From Antedon mediterranea (taxonomy: Eukaryota; Animalia; Echinodermata): a DNA stretch of 64,000 nt. Location of the stretch: contig NC_092680.1 in the NCBI RefSeq assembly GCF_964355755.1, positions 17,431,045 to 17,495,044 of the forward strand, written 5' to 3'. The notes beneath the pieces are model-generated. The model ran no database searches, was not told the DNA's origin, and saw only the letters and a list, made by a program, of their open reading frames with translations. A program made the position numbers and the translations under genes. Below, one piece after another: positions 56,948 to 64,000 of this stretch; within the stretch, counting starts at the first letter, position 1, and each line of letters starts with the position of its first letter.

Positions 56948-57826
56948 CTATCTATCCTTCGAACCTAAGCAAGCAGTTTCCAATGTAAATCCTAGTTGAA
57001 TTATTTCCTTTAACAGTGTCAGATGATCAGGTGCGTCCGGATGGGAAACTGTCACTCGATTTTTCTCCCGTTGATAATCTTGGAGTTTTGAAATTCCCAG
57101 TTTTAATGATGGTAGTTTACAGAATATGTTTGGCAGATTGCTAGATACATACAATGAGGATGTTACCTTGTCTACCTGTATAAAGTCTAAACATTTACTT
57201 ATCTTTATGTTGTCCTTACGAATGTGTTCTTTCGCATTTCCAATCAGTGGAACCAGTCCTGGAAGTTTGAAGAAATCCGCTTCACTGAATAAAATATCCC
57301 ATTCTTTAAATCCCTCAGGAAGAATGAGTTTTGACCGTCGTAGGAAATTCAAGATGTGTCGAAATGTAGGTCCATCTCCGTCAATAATGTAGCGGTTACA
57401 CTGATCAACTTTAAAAGGAAGACGACCACTGAACATAGCACCAAGCATAGAATATGGATAACGAGTTAAGGTTGATCGACTTGTGGTGTAAAAACACCCA
57501 CCAACATTTAGCTCCAAAACATCGCTCTTGTTTGCCTGTTGTTCAATTAATCTGACAAGATCTGGTAGTTGGTAGAAATCTGCTTCAGCTGATAAAACAT
57601 CCCACTCTTTAAATCCTTCAGGTAGAATTAGCTTTGATCTTCGTAGAAAATTTAAAATGTGTCTGAATGTAGGCCCATCTCCGTCAATAATGTAGCGGTT
57701 ACACTGATCGACTTTAGAAGGAGGAAGATCACCACTGAACATTAAACCCAGCATAGAATCTGGATAACGAGTTAATGTTGATCGACCAACATTTAACTCT
57801 ACAATATCGTCTTTGTGTGAAGCCAT
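56948..57826 (-). CDS. KCTD-like protein with two tandem BTB domains (copy 3, C-terminus truncated)
   Basis: ATG at 57826; BTB1 lacks GCFYTTS, BTB2 is complete; a 4-nt TAGA duplication creates a stop just before WTFTR. Confidence 0.75.
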   Translation of the reverse strand: MASHKDDIVELNVGRSTLTRYPDSMLGLMFSGDLPPSKVDQCNRYIIDGDGPTFRHILNFLRRSKLILPEGFKEWDVLSAEADFYQLPDLVRLIEQQANKSDVLELNVGGCFYTTSRSTLTRYPYSMLGAMFSGRLPFKVDQCNRYIIDGDGPTFRHILNFLRRSKLILPEGFKEWDILFSEADFFKLPGLVPLIGNAKEHIRKDNIKISKCLDFIQVDKVTSSLYVSSNLPNIFCKLPSLKLGISKLQDYQREKNRVTVSHPDAPDHLTLLKEIIQLGFTLETACLGSKDR

Positions 57827-59627
57827 TGTCAAATTAGGCCTACTCGCTCCAATATAATAATGATCTATAAAACGGCAGAATATTCAGGTTAGATTTGTAC
57901 CACTCCAGCCATTGGTTAGACATGTATTATTTAATGTAAAAACAAATAATACTGTAATGCCCATGCGCACATTGATAGGCAGCCCAATCAGATATTGGGA
58001 TACAGTGACGTATCAAGGCATTTTGAAAAGGCAATGGGAGTCTTATAATATTCGGAGTTAACAGCACATATTACATATAATGACTAAAAAAAATAACAAA
58101 AAAACGAGCCAGCCGGCCACTATATGAATATAAATTATATTTAAACTTTGAGAGATGCTTTAACACATCAATATGTTTTATCTTTTTTTCATTTTACATT
58201 TAACATCAACTTGTAAACGTTGATACTATCTCTTCTTTATACATTTACGAAATTATTTTAAATTCAATTTCCACTTATATTAAACCAAGTTCTGCTATTT
58301 TAAAATCAAAATAGCGCCCTTAACATACCTCGCTAGTTTTAAAAATTGACGGTAGTACATTATTCAGAGGCCGCCTGGATACACAACGACTAGGCCTTGC
58401 TTTTGGTGGCCTCTCTAGCACAACTACGCGCGCGGCGGACAAACTTCGGACATGTGGCATGGTCCTCGTGCGTGTACGCAACAATTGAATCGAAATTTTA
58501 GTAGAATTTGAATTGATATTTCTAATAAATGTCTGAAGATTTGCTGTTAAACATTACAATACAGTGGTCAAGTTTTTTTAGGTAGGCCTAGGTTAACTAG
58601 CCTAGGTCTAGGCCTACTGTAGGCCTACTACTAGGCTAGTTAGATAGTAGTAGGCCTACTAGGCCTAGTTAGTAATAGGCTAGGCCTAGCTAGTAGGCCT
58701 AAGCCTAGTTTTAGAGAGGAGGTCCTACCTAGCTAGCTAGCATCTAGAGGGCCAAAATAAGCTAGGCATACTTATATTCTTGGCCTAGGCTACTACTACA
58801 CTATAGTATATAACAGCTAGCCTCTACGCAATGAACATAGTACTAGGCCTAGTAGGCCTACGTCACTCAGCTGCAGTTTTGATATATTATAGGTCCTTAC
58901 ACACGTCACGCCCGTCAACTGTTGTTTATTATGTAGGCCTAGCTAAAGTTAAAACACTGTAGTTATGTATTAAAAAAATATATATTTGATTGAGGCATCA
59001 TTATGAATCATTGGAAGATATTGGAAATTTGAAGGAACTGGTGTTAAAATTATTATTGTTTTTAACTAGGCCTAGGCCTACATTGAATAGCGGTAGCAAT
59101 AGTAGCAGCAGCAATAGTAGTAGACGACGGCCTGGGCTAGCCTAGTAGACGACGGCCTGGGCTAGCCTAGATAAACAAATATTAGATAAATAAAACAGAT
59201 ATTAGAATCAGAATTATTGGGCAACTTTAAGGAGTTTCGTATATAATTATTAATACGGTATATGCCCTGGCATACTGGCTAATTTGGTTCTGAAATGGTC
59301 CAATTTCTTTACCATAGTCATTTTTGACTGAATGATGCCCGATTGATTGATAAATATTATAATATTTAAAATAATAACATTTATTATTAGATGGAATGAC
59401 AATTGAGGCTATGATGAAACATTAAAGGAAATAATTCCAACTGAAGGATCGGAATGAAGGGAATCCTCTTACGATCCAGGGTATGGAAAGTTATATCTAC
59501 AGTGAGTAACATTTTACTTATACCCCTTTCACACCTGCAAGAAGTAACAACTTGTAACCAGTGCCTAGTGTGATAGAACATTTTGTGGAAAATCTTTATT
59601 TTTTACTGCGCACGTGTGTATTGCCAT

Positions 59628-60112
59628 GAATGATTTTAAAAGCAATGAGTCATACGTCCCTAGACCTCTTCCCTTCCCAGGGCCTATAAAACACTAAATA
59701 TCGGAAGCATGTTATCCGCTATGTTATATTTTTATTCAATCGTCTGTAGTATTAATTTGTAATCAACCAATAAAAGACCCCCATTTTGTAATAAAGTCAC
59801 TCTCTTTCTTACTTAGTTGGATTTTTTTTGGGTATAAAGACTACAATGTAACTTATCTCAAAGTTGATCATAGAAATTTTATACAACTAGATCAACACAA
59901 TAACACGATTAAAAAAACAAGCCACTATGGAGAGAGACCACCAAATACCACTGCATCAATAAAAGATCAATAAATTATGTTCAAAACTTTTGGTTTATTT
60001 AAAACCTTTTTTATGTAACAATATCACTTTCAGCTTCATAATTTATTAACTAATCTAAAAAATCTCGAACGCACATCCTCAGTTACAACTATAATTAATG
60101 TTTTTATATTTC
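59628..60112. repeat. Non-coding block duplicated at about 61933-62660
   Basis: ATGATTTTAAAAGCAATGA(G/A)TCATACGTCCCTA...CCCAGGGCCTATAAAACACTAAATA...CCACCAAATACCACTGCATCAA is shared. Confidence 0.85.
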
Positions 60113-61210
60113 TAATAGAACCACATGTGCTCTAAATGGCAGGTTTAGATTAACAGAGAGTCCATCTGACTATATTTACATTTAATGAGTCGTTTTGATT
60201 ATATTTCGTAACGGTCTTCCTAATCATCATCACAGTCATCATCACAACAAAATTCGTGTTTTATTTTGTAAATTCCAAAAAATAATTGAGTCGGGCAAGA
60301 TGAATATATAAATATTACTGTATCAAATCATTAATAAAAAGATCAACAAATTATGTCTACAACGTTGGTGAGATGTCGTACAACACCTTTTTATTCAGTA
60401 ATGACACTTATTTCCTCTGCAGCATAATGTAGGCCTAAGTCTACCTTTAGAATTACAAAAAATGTGCGCAAAAGTTACAACTGCAGTATAATGATTTTAT
60501 ATTTCTATTAGCGAGAGCGGCTAACTCCACGCCCAGGGCTTTTAAATACAGTTTAAAACCCAGTACAATTGCAGTCATTTTGATACCATGCATATGGATG
60601 CGTACGTGGAATAGTAAAAATGTGTATAACAAACATTTAGACACAAAACACTGCAGCCTGTTGTGCCCCTGCGGATCCACTACTGTGCGGTGAAACTAAA
60701 TTACATAAAACTAGGCTACTCGTAATTGTTTGGCATTACATTTTCCATACACAATTCCAAAATAATAATGAACCAAAAAAAAAAAACAAACAAACGAGTC
60801 AATGAATTCGCAAATTAAAGTCAGTTAACCAGCTCATGAAAATGATTTCTAAAAAAAAATGTTTTCAAATAATATATATTTTTCTTGGGCGTGGACAGAC
60901 AGCAACAACACTATTGTGTTACTAATATTAGTAAAGTTGAAACATTGATAAAAATAACATACGTCAAAACAAAATAAACAGTAACAAACATATTTTTGCA
61001 AGTGATACTGGAGCCCATGTGTACACTTCTGGCTCGTGTGCACTTTCGTAAACTTTTTAAAGAAAATTGTATACTTGTAATGTTCGAGATTAAAGCAAGT
61101 CGTATAATGTTTCTTCAATATATACCATAGACAAAGGTAGCTCCGTAATCTACAGTAGTAGTAGACTGTCAACCTCCCTGACAAAATTGACGATACTTGC
61201 GTTACTAATT

Positions 61211-61822
61211 TTAAAAATAACAGTCTCTTGTAAATGTCCATCCTTCGTTCGAGCAGAAGCATGTGGTTTCCAATGTAAATCCTAGTTGAGTTATTTTCTT
61301 TAACATGGGCATAGGATTTGTTAAGGCAAATGCCTCAAAGTTCACTTCAAACTCGGGAAGTTCCTTTGGCTTTTCATCCCACAATGTATGATAATTATAC
61401 GCCTGTTTCAGTGATGGTAATTTACAGAATATGTTTTCAAGACTGGTAACTATATGCCAATGCCTGTCAAATTTGTGTATCTGTATAAAGTCTAAACCTT
61501 TACCTTTCTTTCCTTTATTTTCAACTAATTGGATAAGGTCTTCTAGTTGGTAGAAATCTGCTTCAGCCGATAGAATATCCCATTCTTTAAATCCATCGGG
61601 TAGAATAAGTTTTGATCTTCGCAGGAAATTCAAGATGTGTCGGAATGTAGGCCCATCTCCGTCAATAATGTAGCGGTTACACTGATCAACTTTAGAAGGA
61701 AGACGACCACTGAACATAGCACCCAGCATAGAATCTGGATAACGAGTTAATGTTGATCGACTTGTAGTGTAAAAACAACCACCTACGTTTAGCTCCAAAA
61801 CATCGTCTCCTTTCAAATTCAT
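61211..61822 (-). CDS. BTB/POZ domain protein, KCTD6/KCTD21-like (copy 4, intact)
   Basis: ATG at 61822 after the acceptor tttgcag|AC; full BTB plus ITQLGF...WTFTR tail. Confidence 0.9.
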   Translation of the reverse strand: MNLKGDDVLELNVGGCFYTTSRSTLTRYPDSMLGAMFSGRLPSKVDQCNRYIIDGDGPTFRHILNFLRRSKLILPDGFKEWDILSAEADFYQLEDLIQLVENKGKKGKGLDFIQIHKFDRHWHIVTSLENIFCKLPSLKQAYNYHTLWDEKPKELPEFEVNFEAFALTNPMPMLKKITQLGFTLETTCFCSNEGWTFTRDCYF

Positions 61823-63057
61823 GTCTGCAAAGGTGATTTTGTAATACAAAATAAAGTTTAGATACAGAATTGTTATAGGCAACAGCTACGAATTATTGAA
61901 AGCTTGGCTATAGGGCCTACTTCGTTTTAATAATGATTTTAAAAGCAATGAATCATACGTCCCTATTCTAGACCTCTTCCCTTCCCAGGGCCTATAAAAC
62001 ACTAAATAGCGGAAGCATGTTATCCACCATTTATGTTTTTATTCAATCATCTGTGTACTAATTTATAATCAACCAATAAAAGACTCCTATTTTACAATAA
62101 CGTCACTCTCTCTTAGTACAGTAATCAGTTTTAATAATACTCTAGTATTTCAAATGACCTACTTTCTGATTAATAATGGATTGATCTAAATGACTTACCA
62201 ACCAATCATTTGATGATTTGATTTGAGTTTTCTAGTTCCATTCTGGTAATGATATCCGAGTTTTCTAGATCTAGAAAACTCAGATATATCTGAGATCTGA
62301 GTTTTCTGGACACCCGGATTTTTTTAGCATAAAGACTACCGTACGTTACATATTATATCCATCGCCTCTGTGTTGCGTTGACACATCATATAGATTTTAT
62401 ACAACTAGAACAACACAATAACACGACTAAAAAACAAGCCACTATGAATATGGACCACCAAATACCACTGCATCAAATCAATAAAAAGATCAACAAGTTA
62501 TGTTTATATTTTGGTTTATTAAGAAACCTTTGTTATGTAACAATATCACTTTCAGCTTCGCACAGTATAATTTATCAACTAATTTAATTTGTAAGCTAAA
62601 ATCTCGAACACGCATCAACGTTACAACTTGTATAATTAATGCTTTTATATTTCTAATTGATATTTCAATAGCTCAAGTATAGTTTTAAAAATTTCTAGTA
62701 CACCAATTGTGGTCATTTTGACATTCCATTATAATGGTTGCGAACAATTGTATAACAAACGTATACAAACTCTTTATTTGTAATAAATTAAAATGATCAA
62801 TATGCTCCTGTGAAAGTGTCAAACATTCAATTTAAACACAATAACAATCTGTAATTGGGAGATCGACAAAAAGTCAGTAAATCCGCAAATTTGTCAATTT
62901 TCAAAAATGTATAGTCTTCTTGTGCACGTTGGGCAGGAGAGTACTGTATAATGTCGGCAACATTGATAAAAATAACATTACATGGCGTTATATAACTCGG
63001 TCATGGCTCATAAGTCTATTGTAAATGTCCTATATTTTTCTATATCTTCTAATTGAG

Positions 63058-63567
63058 TTATTTCCATAAAGTGTTACAGATGATTTTGGATGTGATATTT
63101 GGGAAATTTGTTTCAAACTGGGAACCACCTCTTTTCAATTCCAGAAAACGTGATATCGATGGTAATTTATCGACTGTGTTTTGTAGAATAGATATAGGCC
63201 TACGCCACTGGCTCTTACTAGTTCTCTCCCTTTCTTCATCACGACGAATTTGTTCTCTTGCTTTTTCAATAAGCCGGATAAGATCTTCTATCTGGTAAAA
63301 ATCTGCTTCAATCGATAAAATATCCCACTCTTTAAATCCGTCAGGAAGAATAAGTTTTGATCTTCGCAGAAAATTCAAAACGTGTCGGAATGTAGGCCCA
63401 TCTCCGTCAATAATGTAGCGGTTACACTGATCAACTTTAGAAGGAAGACGACCACTGAACATAGCACCCAGCATAGAATCTGGATAACGAGTTAAGGTTG
63501 ATCGATTTGTGGAGTAAAAACAACCACCAACATTTAGCTCCAAAACATCGTCTTCATGTAAATCCAT
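63058..63567 (-). CDS. KCTD6/KCTD21-like BTB protein (copy 5, C-terminus frameshifted, possible pseudogene)
   Basis: Full BTB; the EITQL motif is present at about 63050-63067 but out of frame. Confidence 0.7.
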   Translation of the reverse strand: MDLHEDDVLELNVGGCFYSTNRSTLTRYPDSMLGAMFSGRLPSKVDQCNRYIIDGDGPTFRHVLNFLRRSKLILPDGFKEWDILSIEADFYQIEDLIRLIEKAREQIRRDEERERTSKSQWRRPISILQNTVDKLPSISRFLELKRGGSQFETNFPNITSKIICNTLWK

Positions 63568-64000
63568 ATCTATAATCTACGACTTACAAAGAGCACTAGA
63601 TCTTCTTCCTTCCAGTAGTTTATTTGTTTGTAGTCATTTGTGACAATTTGTGCTCCAAATGTTTTAAGCAAATTGATTGAATTAGGATAAATATGATATT
63701 ATATAACTGAGAATACGTTGTTGACATTCAGCACGTTGTTGACATACCGCTATCTCGATCACACCATCAATAGTAAAGTTTATCTTATGTATTCAATATC
63801 AATAAGATACCTGAAATATAATAACCGGATTGGATGAGATGAACGGTCGTGTAAACACAAGTTTATCTAGGTTGGTGTACCAGTCGATTCTCATATTAGT
63901 ATCAGTTGTTGTGACATGGCATGAATTTACGTAAGGTTACTATATACGGGCGTGCATGCCGCATGTGAGTATTTAGTTTATATACAACCAGTCTTAGAGC

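Noticed and set aside
60849-61262. 137-aa ORF overlapping the end of KCTD copy 4
   Set aside because: Alternative frame running into AT-rich 3' sequence with no domain features
53420-63567. Voltage-gated potassium channel genes (T1 domain)
   Set aside because: No transmembrane or pore segments; the short C-termini are KCTD-type

Overview
AT-rich animal genomic DNA, not prokaryotic. Deu/Nin-type SINEs and a Penelope remnant suggest a deuterostome invertebrate, possibly an echinoderm (inference). There are three parts. (1) 1-22 kb: the 3' part of a + strand spliced FERM/band-4.1 gene (EPB41L4A-like), 15 phase-consistent exons at 8491-20910, with introns full of MITEs, SINEs and minisatellites. 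(2) 25.5-51.7 kb: three tandem single-exon C2H2 zinc-finger genes with no effector domain. Their 84-bp finger repeats are homogenised except at the DNA-contacting helix residues (PRDM9-like pattern). They are interleaved with a duplicated Penelope-like remnant (one copy keeps a hammerhead ribozyme) and two independently inserted foldback transposons built of 97-bp repeats, one upstream of ZNF2 and one upstream of ZNF3. Pieces of the FERM gene 3' end are fused behind ZNF2 and ZNF3, and ZNF1 carries an inverted copy of its own fingers. (3) 53-64 kb: five tandem - strand KCTD6/KCTD21-like BTB genes with near-identical BTB domains and divergent C-termini; some are intact, some disabled, and one has a doubled BTB. 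All coordinates and counts were read by eye.
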